Shown: positions 9,058 to 18,183, counted from the stretch's first letter. The stretch is DNA of 64,000 nucleotides from a virus (IMGVR_UViG_3300042878_001497:64001-128000), one strand, 5' to 3'. The notes: a model not told the origin generated them from the sequence alone. Translations and numbers: made by a program.

Positions 9058-9142
9058 GCACCAGTGATGAAATGGTAGACATGAGGGACTTAAAATCCCT
9101 TGGGCAGGAATGCCCGTGCCGGTTCGAGTCCGGCCTGGTGTA
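9058..9142 (+). tRNA. tRNA-Leu(TAA)
   Basis: Acceptor GCACCAG/CTGGTGT; anticodon arm AGGGA-CTTAAAA-TCCCT; long variable arm; GGTTCGAGTCC. Confidence 0.93.
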
Positions 9143-9229
9143 CAGAAGAAGGGTTGGAGGTAAGAAAAAAAATTCGTATCTTTAATCTATAGAACAAAGA
9201 GGTTCTTTGACTTGTTGGCGGTATAGAAT

Positions 9230-9312
9230 GCCGAGGTGGTGGAATGGTAGACACGCTGGTCTTAGGAACCAGTGCTTTACGCGTGCGGGTTCGAGTCCCG
9301 CCCTCGGTACCA
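9230..9312 (+). tRNA. tRNA-Leu(TAG), CCA encoded
   Basis: GCCGAGG/CCTCGGT; CTGGT-CTTAGGA-ACCAG; T-loop present. Confidence 0.95.
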
Positions 9313-9318
9313 TAATAT

Positions 9319-9392
9319 GGTCCGGTAGCTCAGCTGGATAGAGCATCGCACTTCTAATGCGACGGTCTCAGGTTCGAATCCTGATCGGATCA
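9319..9392 (+). tRNA. tRNA-Arg(TCT)
   Basis: TAGCTCAGCTGGATAGAGC D arm; TCGCA-CTTCTAA-TGCGA. Confidence 0.95.
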
Positions 9393-9486
9393 CTACGCAG
9401 TCAAGTGTTCGAGGTTTCTTTGTTCCTAGGGAAAAACAAAGTGGAGCTACAGTGGCAGGTTGCGGTTGTCCTACAACAACCGAGTT

Positions 9487-9559
9487 AGGGGAGTAGCGCA
9501 GGTGGTAGCGCAGCTGGTTTGGGACCAGCGGGTCGCAGGTTCGAGTCCTGTCTTCCCTA
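9487..9559 (+). tRNA. tRNA-Pro(TGG)
   Basis: GCTGG-TTTGGGA-CCAGC; acceptor AGGGGAG/CTTCCCT. Confidence 0.92.
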
Positions 9560-9581
9560 CTAACTTTTAAATATCTAAACT

Positions 9582-9773
9582 ATGTCAAAAGCAGAGAAAC
9601 TTCTCTATGGGGTTATGTACGTCCTGTTTACCCTCGGGATTATTCTTGCAATTGCCCGTAATGATTACGGAACTGCAATTTGGACTATTGTGGGTGGAAT
9701 GTGGATGCACACTTCATTCATGCATCGACGTGAAGTAATTGACCTTCTAAAAGAGTTGGAAAATACGAAGTAA
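9582..9773 (+). CDS. Small two-TM membrane protein
   Basis: Two hydrophobic segments. Confidence 0.6.
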   Translation: MSKAEKLLYGVMYVLFTLGIILAIARNDYGTAIWTIVGGMWMHTSFMHRREVIDLLKELENTK

Positions 9774-9839
9774 GTTCGTATATTTATCCTATAACGATCC
9801 CAGGCGTGTACACTAATTGTTTAATTTAAATTTTCTAAT

Positions 9840-10004
9840 ATGAAGAAGATTCTTGCAATGATTGCCTTTGCTACTTTGGTAGCAGCTTGCAACAATGCTA
9901 CTGAAGAAGCTGTAGTAGAGGAAGTAGTAGTTGATTCTACTGCTATCGACACCACAGTTACTGAAGAAGTAGCAGCAGAAGGCGAAGAGGCAGCAGCCGA
10001 ATAA
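9840..10004 (+). CDS. Small acidic lipoprotein (54 aa)
   Basis: MKKILAMIAFATLVAA-C lipobox followed by an Ala/Glu/Val-rich tail with DST and DTT; not in the ORF track. Confidence 0.8.
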   Translation: MKKILAMIAFATLVAACNNATEEAVVEEVVVDSTAIDTTVTEEVAAEGEEAAAE

Positions 10005-10115
10005 TACTGAGTCTAGCCAAAAAATCCTGTTGCACTCGAACAGGTTGACTTCGGGGAAAAGATTAAAAGGGGGAGTACGTGAACCGATAGCGTCTTAGAA
10101 TAAACCTCCCTGTAA

Positions 10116-10188
10116 GCCTCCTTAGCTCAGTTGGTAGAGCCACTGATTTGTAATCAGTAGGTCGTTGGTTCGAGTCCGACAGGAGGCT
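10116..10188 (+). tRNA. tRNA-Thr(TGT)
   Basis: GCCTCCT/AGGAGGC; ACTGA-TTTGTAA-TCAGT. Confidence 0.95.
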
Positions 10189-10279
10189 CTAACAGTACTC
10201 GCCACGCTTCTCGTCAGATCAGCGCACCCGGGCGAGTCTTTTACGAGGGTAGGTAGTTGCAAATGCTTACCCTCAACAT

Positions 10280-10402
10280 AGTCAGGTGGCGGAATAGTAG
10301 ACGCATCAAATTAGGTTACTGCGTGAAATACTTACTAATTTGATTATACAGTGCAGCAGTTTTAATAACTGAGTATTGCTGGTTCAAATCCAGCCCTGAC
10401 TA
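10280..10402 (+). ncRNA. tRNA-like RNA with an enlarged, non-canonical anticodon domain
   Basis: Acceptor AGTCAGG/CCTGACT-A, Leu-type D arm, T arm GCTGG-TTCAAAT-CCAGC; the anticodon arm is replaced by a 10-bp stem with a 20-nt loop. Confidence 0.75.
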
Positions 10403-10407
10403 CATAC

Positions 10408-10490
10408 TGGAAGGTGGGTGAGTGGTTAAAACCGGCAGACTGTAAATCTGCTCCCTTACGGGTACAGCAGTTCGAATCTGTTCCTTCCAA
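10408..10490 (+). tRNA. tRNA-Tyr(GTA)
   Basis: GCAGA-CTGTAAA-TCTGC; long variable arm; acceptor TGGAAGG/CCTTCCA. Confidence 0.9.
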
Positions 10491-10494
10491 CTAC

Positions 10495-10620
10495 AGAAAC
10501 AGAGGAAGCGTAGAACAACTAGCTGGGAGAGCAGCGACGCAAGGGTACACACTTAGTAGCTCTCTTATTGGTGTGTTAAGCATTTGTTAGATTCCTGATA
10601 AAGTTGTTCCTGTTTCTTTT
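10495..10620 (+). ncRNA. Putative pseudoknotted ncRNA between tRNAs
   Basis: Closing stems AGAAACAG..CTGTTTCT and GAACAACT..AGTTGTTC; interleaved GGGAGAGC/GCTCTCTT and ACACAC/GTGTGT. Confidence 0.5.
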
Positions 10621-10625
10621 ACAAT

Positions 10626-10713
10626 GGAGGTTTGGCAGAGTGGTCGATTGCGGTAGTCTTGAAAACTATTGACTGTAACAGGTCCCGGGGTTCGAATCCC
10701 TGAGCCTCCGCCA
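10626..10713 (+). tRNA. tRNA-Ser(TGA), CCA encoded
   Basis: GTAGT-CTTGAAA-ACTAT; long variable arm; G73. Confidence 0.95.
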
Positions 10714-10715
10714 TC

Positions 10716-10789
10716 GGGCCTGTAGCTCAGTCGGTTAGAGCGAGGGACTCATAATCCCCAGGTCCCAGGTTCGAGCCCTGGCAGGCCCA
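10716..10789 (+). tRNA. tRNA-CAT (probably Ile2; Met not excluded)
   Basis: GGGCCTG/CAGGCCC acceptor typical of Ile2; CTCATAA loop. Confidence 0.88.
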
Positions 10790-10878
10790 CTTAGGTTTCT
10801 TAATAAAGGCTTAATACTGATCTAAACTCGGTAGCCTATCTTAAACGTAGTTATTAATAAACAATTACGTTTACATTT

Positions 10879-12429
10879 ATGAAACACTTATTTACCCTTG
10901 TAGCTCTTTCGGCAGTTACGTTATTCGGCCAGACCTCTTTCTGGACCCCAACAAGTTATAGAGGTGCTTTTGCACCAGCTCCTACCACCCAATGGACTGA
11001 CGGATGGACTAACTGGGATGCTCAAAACACAGTCTACCCGATCCACACCCAGACAGTTTCAGGAGAACTACTTAGTAGTCTAACTTGGACAAGCAGCAAT
11101 GTTTACTTAGTTCAAGGTCCGGTATACTTGAAGAGCTCGCTTACTATCCAACCCGGTACAGTAATTCTTTTTGATAAGAACACTGCAGGATCGGCTCTGA
11201 TTGTAACTAAGCAGGGAACATTATATGCTGAAGGTACAGCTACTCAACCAATCGTATTTACTTCTAGTGCAGTTCCTGGCCAACGAACAATCGGTGACTG
11301 GGGAGGAATTGTTATTCTAGGAGAGGCTGTTAATAACATCCCACCCAACACAGCAGCAGGATCTAATGCAGGCATCGGTAACATCGAAGGCTTACCTACT
11401 TCAGCTAATACTGAGTATGGAGGTAATAACGACCAGGATAGCTCAGGTGTTTTAAAATACGTTAGAATCGAGTTCGGCGGATATGCTTACATGCCTGACA
11501 AAGAGATTAATGGATTAACTTTCGGTTCAGTAGGAAGTAAGACAGTAGTTGATTATGTTCAAGTTTCATTTACTAATGATGACGCTTTTGAATGGTTTGG
11601 TGGTACTGTGAATTGTAAGCACTTGGTATCGTACCGCAACCTGGATGATGACATGGACTGCGATTTTGGATACCGAGGTAAAGTTCAATTTGCTTTAATT
11701 GTTAGAGATCCTTTTATTGCTGACCAGTCATCAGGCTCAACCTCAGAAGGGTTTGAATGTGATAATGACGGCGCCGGTTCTAACAACGGACCTAAGACAG
11801 CTGCCACATTCTCTAACGTAACTGCTATCGGACCACTAAGAGGTAACCTACAGGCTACAGTCGATCCTAAGTTTAGAAGAGCTTTGAGACTTCGCCGGAA
11901 CAGTGAAATGAAAATCTTCAACTCAGTCTTTACAGACTTTAAAGACGGTATTCATATTGACGGAACTTCTACAGAAACAAATGCACTACAGAATAGGTTA
12001 GTATTCCAAAATAATCTGATTGCTGGCTGCAGCGGCAAATTCATCCTCAGAGGAACTAATCCTTCTTTTAATGCCGGTGCTTGGTATTTTACTTCCAATG
12101 ATACTCTAGCAGCTTCTACTGGATTGTTTACCACTCCTTACAGCTACCTACAGCCTGACTATCGTCCATCAGCTACTAGCGGACTAGACACAGGAGCTAG
12201 CTTTAACGACACAAACCTAATCGGCAATACTATCTCAGTTGCAGAATTTAACTCACCAATCAGCCTATACCCTAACCCGGTTGCTGATCAGCTCTACTCT
12301 CAAGAGCAAGCTCTGATCTTTGACAACACCGGTAGAGTAGTTGGCAAGCTTGAAAAAGGCTGGAACGATTTAGGATACCTTCCTAAGGGAGTTTATACAG
12401 TTAAAAATATAAGAGTTATTAAACAATAG
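10879..12429 (+). CDS. Secreted beta-helix-like protein with T9SS type A C-terminal sorting domain
   Basis: Signal peptide; GDWGGIVILG, SGVLKYVRIEFGG, DDAFEWFGG family motifs; C-terminal LYPNPV...LPKGVY...RVIKQ. Confidence 0.85.
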   Translation: MKHLFTLVALSAVTLFGQTSFWTPTSYRGAFAPAPTTQWTDGWTNWDAQNTVYPIHTQTVSGELLSSLTWTSSNVYLVQGPVYLKSSLTIQPGTVILFDKNTAGSALIVTKQGTLYAEGTATQPIVFTSSAVPGQRTIGDWGGIVILGEAVNNIPPNTAAGSNAGIGNIEGLPTSANTEYGGNNDQDSSGVLKYVRIEFGGYAYMPDKEINGLTFGSVGSKTVVDYVQVSFTNDDAFEWFGGTVNCKHLVSYRNLDDDMDCDFGYRGKVQFALIVRDPFIADQSSGSTSEGFECDNDGAGSNNGPKTAATFSNVTAIGPLRGNLQATVDPKFRRALRLRRNSEMKIFNSVFTDFKDGIHIDGTSTETNALQNRLVFQNNLIAGCSGKFILRGTNPSFNAGAWYFTSNDTLAASTGLFTTPYSYLQPDYRPSATSGLDTGASFNDTNLIGNTISVAEFNSPISLYPNPVADQLYSQEQALIFDNTGRVVGKLEKGWNDLGYLPKGVYTVKNIRVIKQ

Positions 12430-12485
12430 TAAAATTTCTGAGTAAATGTTTGGAGCCCCGAAAGGGGCTTCTTATATTTATTACT

Positions 12486-14051
12486 ATGAAAAAGTTGTAC
12501 GTTGTTTTAGCGTTGTTGATGAGCTTTGTCTCAACAGCATCGCACTTAGCGGGTGGTGATATACAATACCGCTACATTGGAGATTCTACCGGAATCGCCC
12601 GTCATTATAAAATCATTCTGAGAGTCTATAGAGATGTTACCGGTATAGCAATGCCCACTACTGAGACAGTAACAATATCCTCAGGATGTTATTCTAACAC
12701 CAACGTTACTGTCAACCTAACAGCCGGAAGCGGGGTTGTATCCCCAACCCTATTTGATTGCGTAAACCCGGGACCTGGTGTGAAGACTCTGGAAGTTTAC
12801 CGGTACACCGGGTATGTAGTACTGCCGGGCAACTGCGGTGACTTTGTATTCTGGTATTCAAATTGCTGCCGTCCTCCTGGAGTAACTAATATCTCAAACT
12901 CAAATGGAACTGGAACCGACGGCTTCTACTTTGATGCTCTACTCAATAACCTTAATGGACAGAACTCATCTCCGATCTTTGTATCGGAGCCTGTTCGGGC
13001 ATTCTGTGTAGCTAATCCTTTCAACTGGAAGCAAAGCTCGGTCGAGTACGATGGAGACTCGGTGGCATACTCTCTGATCAATTGCCGGGAAGGAGCTTAC
13101 CCAAACCAGACTAACATTCCGTTTGACTTTGGATTCAATAAGAATCAACCTGTATCCTCAACCTACTTCAATATCAATCCTCAGACCGGGCAGATCTCTT
13201 TCTATCCTACAACTCAGGAGGTTGATGCACTGTCGGTATTGATTGAAGAATACAGGTATGATTCGCTTTGGGGAGTATGGACTAAGGTAGGTTCAGCCTC
13301 AAGAGATATGATGATATCAATTGCATATAATTGCAATGCAGTAGCGATGCAAGGCGTAAAATACGACCCTACTCAATACCCGGTTGATACAATTACAGGA
13401 CTAAAATATAAAGAAGTAGCATGCGGGGATACAGCCTTTGGACTTAAGTTTCACATTGCCTTAGATGGGTATTCAATTAACGATGTTGATTTTAGAATGA
13501 CCCGGACACAGACCAGCCAACCTGTTGCAATCAAAAAAATCTGGTCTAATGTCGATGTCAATTACGAGACCGACTCAGTACGTATTGTAATGCTCATGCC
13601 CTTTAGTTACGCAGGAGAGTACTACCTCTACTCTAAGAAAGGAAACGATGGAAATACTTTAATGAATAAGTGCGGTATTGAGATGGACGAGTTTGATACA
13701 ATCCTAATCAAGGTAGGACCTTGTCCACCTCCACCACCTCCAGACCCTATCGGTCCAGTTGACGATATTAGGAACGGAGAAGAACCTATTGTTATCCCTA
13801 CGCAACCTATTCTTATCCCGAACGTAGTAACTCCGAACGGAGATAACAAAAACGATCTGTTTGTAATTAAGAACCTAAGCAATCACAGTCCTGCCAGTAT
13901 AAGTATTATGAATAGATGGGGGCAGATAGTCTACACCAATCCAGATTATAAGAATGATTGGGATGGAGGAAATGTAGCAGATGGAGTTTATTTTGGAGTA
14001 TTAGACACCCCAGATCAGTCTTACAGCTTTACAGTTACAGTCCTAAGATAA
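12486..14051 (+). CDS. Secreted protein with T9SS type B (gliding-motility-associated) C-terminal domain
   Basis: Signal peptide, SHLAGGDIQY N-terminus, NCCRP, poly-Pro linker, IPNVVTPNGDNKND...NRWG...WDG...DGVYF. Confidence 0.88.
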   Translation: MKKLYVVLALLMSFVSTASHLAGGDIQYRYIGDSTGIARHYKIILRVYRDVTGIAMPTTETVTISSGCYSNTNVTVNLTAGSGVVSPTLFDCVNPGPGVKTLEVYRYTGYVVLPGNCGDFVFWYSNCCRPPGVTNISNSNGTGTDGFYFDALLNNLNGQNSSPIFVSEPVRAFCVANPFNWKQSSVEYDGDSVAYSLINCREGAYPNQTNIPFDFGFNKNQPVSSTYFNINPQTGQISFYPTTQEVDALSVLIEEYRYDSLWGVWTKVGSASRDMMISIAYNCNAVAMQGVKYDPTQYPVDTITGLKYKEVACGDTAFGLKFHIALDGYSINDVDFRMTRTQTSQPVAIKKIWSNVDVNYETDSVRIVMLMPFSYAGEYYLYSKKGNDGNTLMNKCGIEMDEFDTILIKVGPCPPPPPPDPIGPVDDIRNGEEPIVIPTQPILIPNVVTPNGDNKNDLFVIKNLSNHSPASISIMNRWGQIVYTNPDYKNDWDGGNVADGVYFGVLDTPDQSYSFTVTVLR

Positions 14052-14086
14052 GTTGCTTTTTTAAATAAAAGTTACTATCTTTAGGT

Positions 14087-14590
14087 ATGTTAGATCTATG
14101 TCCGTTTAAGCCCGTTCACTCGGTAGAGTGGTTGGAGAGTTACTTTGCTGAGAACTGCTACAAGAAGCCTTACGATCGTTTTATGTGGTGGAGAGGTTAT
14201 GTAGCTAAGAAGAAGCCTTTGTTTCCTCAAGCTCATTTCAAGGAGAAGGTTATGAACGGTGACTTTGACTTTCCTCATTATAAGTACGAGGCCGAGTTAG
14301 TAGAGCATAAACTCCGTCATGCCTATATAAATAAAGTTGATATCGTTGGATTTAATGAATCTCAGAGTCTGAATATGGCTCGGTGGAAACGCCTGCTTGA
14401 AGATCATACTAAAGAAGAAGCCAAGCGGTTGGAAGGTATATATAAGGAGTGTAAAAAGAACTACGGCTTATCTCGAGAAAAAGTAGAAGAAGAGATTATG
14501 AACCTGGATGGCGATAGTGTAAAGGAGCTTTACCTAGTACTTGAAAAGAAGTACGGGTACAAGCAAGTAAGCGTTCCTAAGTTCAAATAG
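14087..14590 (+). CDS. Hypothetical protein
   Basis: ORF directly after the promoter at 14052-14084 (near-leaderless). Confidence 0.7.
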   Translation: MLDLCPFKPVHSVEWLESYFAENCYKKPYDRFMWWRGYVAKKKPLFPQAHFKEKVMNGDFDFPHYKYEAELVEHKLRHAYINKVDIVGFNESQSLNMARWKRLLEDHTKEEAKRLEGIYKECKKNYGLSREKVEEEIMNLDGDSVKELYLVLEKKYGYKQVSVPKFK

Positions 14591-14636
14591 GTACTCTGCT
14601 ACGAAGGTGCTATTTATATGTAAAACCTCTCGTAGT

Positions 14637-15659
14637 ATGCCACTAACTCTAAGACTTGTTAAAGGTTCTGAACTAACCTACTCAGAACTTGATGGCAACT
14701 TTACATACCTGTCCAGCAGCCTTAACTCACTTATAGCAACAGGTTCCGTCTCCAGTAACGTGCTTACGTTTACTAAGGGGGATGGTAGCACATTTAACTT
14801 AACCGTCAATACAGGTTCAGGCGGTGGCGTCGGTGGTGGAACTACTCTAGTTCAAAATTTAACTTCAAACCAGACAGTAGGAGGGGTCTCCCCAGGTGAC
14901 TTATTTACTGCCGGCTCCACTATTGAAGCTCTACTAAGATCAATGCTGATAACTTACATAGAGCCTACTATTAGTAGCTTACTGATTAAACTTGACGGTA
15001 CTACTAGATCAACAGCCACTAGAGATGTAGGTAACTCTTTTACCTGTAACTCAGCTTCATTCCTAGCAACCGTGGATAGCCCAGATGGAAACTATCCAGT
15101 ATCTGCTAGCATTACAGGTTCTGGAGCAGATTCAGGACTACTCCAGGCGTATTTTTCTAACACTCTTTCAGGAACTAACGCCTTTACATTAGGATCTGCT
15201 CTGACGATTAATAGAGCAACTACAGCGGGCAATGTTACGTTTATTGTCAATACTAAGAGTCAGACTACTGCCGATACTCAATCTACAAATACAGGCTTTG
15301 CTTTCTACTGGAGAAACTATTTAGCTGCTAGCTCTACTCCAATTACAGATAACGCCTCAGCTCAGAGTGTTATCAACTCTGATACTGTGACTAGTACCCT
15401 CACCACAACTAAAGCCTGGACTCCAACCTGTGATGCTAATAATAACGACCCTACTAAATACACTTACATAATCTACCCAGCGTCTTATGGTGATTTATCA
15501 AATGTAATTAAAGATGGGGCATTATCGGTAATAACAGCATTCGATAAAGTAGGAGACTTTACCGTGGCAAACGCTTATAGTTCCTCAACTTCATTTAGAG
15601 TATATCAATCAAAACAAAAAGGTGCATTTGGTTCAGGAGTAACATTAACAATATCTTAA
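14637..15659 (+). CDS. Putative virion structural or fibre protein
   Basis: N-terminal LTLRLVKGSELTYSELDGNF motif typical of phage fibre proteins; Ser/Thr/Gly rich; TATTTATA at 14611. Confidence 0.65.
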   Translation: MPLTLRLVKGSELTYSELDGNFTYLSSSLNSLIATGSVSSNVLTFTKGDGSTFNLTVNTGSGGGVGGGTTLVQNLTSNQTVGGVSPGDLFTAGSTIEALLRSMLITYIEPTISSLLIKLDGTTRSTATRDVGNSFTCNSASFLATVDSPDGNYPVSASITGSGADSGLLQAYFSNTLSGTNAFTLGSALTINRATTAGNVTFIVNTKSQTTADTQSTNTGFAFYWRNYLAASSTPITDNASAQSVINSDTVTSTLTTTKAWTPTCDANNNDPTKYTYIIYPASYGDLSNVIKDGALSVITAFDKVGDFTVANAYSSSTSFRVYQSKQKGAFGSGVTLTIS

Positions 15660-15663
15660 GATC

Positions 15664-17454
15664 ATGGCTATATTTTTTCCTGACATTCTAGAAAATAACA
15701 ACACTAACTACCCGTTAGTTGATGCTACTTCTTTAAAAGGAACTGCATACCCTCTAGCTTCTATTAACAATACTGGAAGTATACCTTCCGATAAGAGGAA
15801 TGTGGGTACGATAGTATTTGATTCTGGATCCGGTAAGTTTTACGGGTTTAAAGGAAGCAGTGTATCTAACTGGAATACTGGTTCTAACTGGATAGAGTTT
15901 GGAAGTGGAAGCGGTGGCGGCACTACTGTAAATCATTTATTTGATAGATGTATTGTTAACGGCTTTACGTACGATGGATACAACGCAGGTATTCTTAATC
16001 TCCAATTTGTTCCTACAGGCAGTACTTTAAATGGCCTGTTCGGTGAAAATCTAGCCTACAAAGTTGGAGATAAAATGATAGTCTACGTAGATGATAAAAA
16101 CTATATTAAGGGTACAGTTAACCAAGTTCCAGGAGGCTTTGGAGTAGGTTCAATTAACGTATTGGTTAACGCAGTTATTGGAACTACTGCGTCTGATGAC
16201 TACTGTATAACATTAGATTTAACTAGAGATTCCTACGTTTATGCTACCCAAACAGGTTCATTCCTATACAGCGGTTCTTACAACAGTACAACTTCCGCAT
16301 TAACATTACATAGTAGTACCAATACCTACAACCTAGACCTATCCGGACTTGCCGGAGGTGGTGGTGGTGGTTTCGCTATCACAGCATCTAATGAAGGTAC
16401 TGTGTTAACTGAGAATGCAAGAACCTTTGATTTCGTAGGTAATGCTGTTACTGCTACTAACGTAGGGTCAGCCGTAACTGTTACAATCAATACAGGATCT
16501 ACATCAGCAACAGACATTACAGCTCTTAACAACTTTACAGGCTCAGCTCAAACAAGCATTACCGGATTAAATACTTTCTCAGGCTCAGCTCAAACAAGCA
16601 TTACCGGATTAAATATTTTCTCAGGCTCAGCTCAAATAAGTATTAATGCATTAAATAGCTTCTCAGGCTCAGCCAACACTAGACTTGGTAGCTTAGAAGC
16701 TGCTACAGGTTCTTACGTTACAAATGCTAGGACAGGTTCATTCTACTACTCGTCTTCAATAAGCAGCAACGTCATTACTTTCAACCAAGGAGACGGAACT
16801 ACAGAAAGTATTACTCTAGTATCTGTACCTAGTGCTTCGTTTGCTCCTAATTTATATAATTCAGACGGTACTTTAACAGCAGCAAGAGAAGTTAACCTTA
16901 GTACTAATGCTCTAAAATTTAATAATACTAACGCTTTCTTTACTGTTAGTGGATCTGATAGAGTAACTTTTAATAACCTCAGTGAAGCTAATTATGGGTA
17001 TGTTGCAGGGTATGACTTAACCGGTATTTCAGGCACACAAGGTCTATTAGGTTACGTAACTGCTTCAAAACTTACAGTAGCTAGTGCTTCACATGCTCCT
17101 AACCTCTACAATTCAAACGGAACATTAACAGGAGATAGAGTTATCACACTCGGAGCTAATAATGAGCTTAGAATACAGCCTGGAACAGGTGCAAGTGAGT
17201 TTAGAATCTCAGACGGTCCTTCAGGTGGACCATTTATCTACGAAGTAGTTGTTAACGGAGCTGGATCGCTTAGAGTTAATAGCCCGGATAGTGCTAGCTT
17301 TGCAACTGATATATTCATAACCTTAGGAAAGGTACTTACACTTCAGCCAACTTCTGTACTTCCGATAGGAGCACCTGTAGGCTCATTTGCAGTATCCAGC
17401 AGTGTTCCTCCTAGACCTTATATGTGGGATGGAACTACTTGGTATGCTCTTTAA
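15664..17454 (+). CDS. Putative tail fibre or virion protein with internal repeats
   Basis: S/T/G rich, poly-Gly hinges, 14-aa repeats, two NLYNSxGTLT repeats, C-terminal YMWDGTTWYAL. Confidence 0.65.
   Translation: MAIFFPDILENNNTNYPLVDATSLKGTAYPLASINNTGSIPSDKRNVGTIVFDSGSGKFYGFKGSSVSNWNTGSNWIEFGSGSGGGTTVNHLFDRCIVNGFTYDGYNAGILNLQFVPTGSTLNGLFGENLAYKVGDKMIVYVDDKNYIKGTVNQVPGGFGVGSINVLVNAVIGTTASDDYCITLDLTRDSYVYATQTGSFLYSGSYNSTTSALTLHSSTNTYNLDLSGLAGGGGGGFAITASNEGTVLTENARTFDFVGNAVTATNVGSAVTVTINTGSTSATDITALNNFTGSAQTSITGLNTFSGSAQTSITGLNIFSGSAQISINALNSFSGSANTRLGSLEAATGSYVTNARTGSFYYSSSISSNVITFNQGDGTTESITLVSVPSASFAPNLYNSDGTLTAAREVNLSTNALKFNNTNAFFTVSGSDRVTFNNLSEANYGYVAGYDLTGISGTQGLLGYVTASKLTVASASHAPNLYNSNGTLTGDRVITLGANNELRIQPGTGASEFRISDGPSGGPFIYEVVVNGAGSLRVNSPDSASFATDIFITLGKVLTLQPTSVLPIGAPVGSFAVSSSVPPRPYMWDGTTWYAL
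16525..16692 (+). repeat. 42-bp in-frame tandem repeat, about 4 copies
   Basis: CAGGCTCAGC at 16538, 16580, 16622 and 16664 (LNTFSGSAQTSITG unit). Confidence 0.9.
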
Positions 17455-17514
17455 AAAAAAGTTTGAACGAAAAGTAAATCTTTATATATTTATATAAAAT
17501 AAAAAGTCAAAACT

Positions 17515-17811
17515 ATGTTAAAACGTTTTTGGAATTGGTTGTTAGGTAAGACTACTATTGACGAGAAGATTGTTGAGAAAGTCGAGCAAGTTCAAGAGAG
17601 AGTTGAAAGAGTAAAGGAAGAAGTAAAAGATGTAGTTGCCGCTGCAAAAGAGGTAGCTAAACAAGCTTCTGACGTTGCTGAAGCTGCTGCAGGTAAGCCA
17701 CGCCGTGGTCGTAAACCAGTTGCAAAAAAAAATGCTCCTGCAGAGACTGCAGCTGTAGCTAAGCCTGCTCCTAAGAGAACTGCTACTAAAGGTCGCAAAG
17801 CTAGTAAGTAG
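17515..17811 (+). CDS. Coiled-coil protein with Ala/Lys-rich histone-H1-like tail
   Basis: AAAGKPRRGRKPVAKK...AKPAPKR. Confidence 0.7.
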   Translation: MLKRFWNWLLGKTTIDEKIVEKVEQVQERVERVKEEVKDVVAAAKEVAKQASDVAEAAAGKPRRGRKPVAKKNAPAETAAVAKPAPKRTATKGRKASK

Positions 17812-18053
17812 TGAATCAGAACTTAAATGTAAGTCTGGATCAAACCCTTCCGGTAGAGTGTGAGAAGTGCGGAGGTATTTACTTCGAGCAGGCACTACAC
17901 ATCCGCAAGGTATCAGGGCTACTAACCGGCACAGGTCAAACATCCTACCTCCCAATCCCAGTCTTTGCATGCAAGTCATGCGGACACGTCAATACAGAGT
18001 TCTTGCCTAAAGAACTAAAAGACCTGGGGGGAGATGAAAGCAGTACAGATTAG
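17811..18053 (+). CDS. Zn-ribbon hypothetical protein
   Basis: CEKC...CKSC; GTG start. Confidence 0.75.
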   Translation: MNQNLNVSLDQTLPVECEKCGGIYFEQALHIRKVSGLLTGTGQTSYLPIPVFACKSCGHVNTEFLPKELKDLGGDESSTD

Positions 18054-18156
18054 CGTTCACTTCAACGAGCCGGTATGGATGTACGATGGAATGCAAGAAT
18101 CCATCTACAACGACCACTCTGAAGAAGAAGAGTAAGCGTAAGGTATACTTTAATTA

Positions 18157-18183
18157 GGAAAGGGACTTCTGGTCCCTCTTCCT
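18157..18183 (+). terminator. Hairpin, possible terminator
   Basis: AGGAAAGGGAC-TTCTG-GTCCCTCTTCCT. Confidence 0.5.

Noticed and set aside
10280-10402. tmRNA or group I intron-containing tRNA
   Set aside because: Too short, has a true D stem, and shows no tag ORF or intron core
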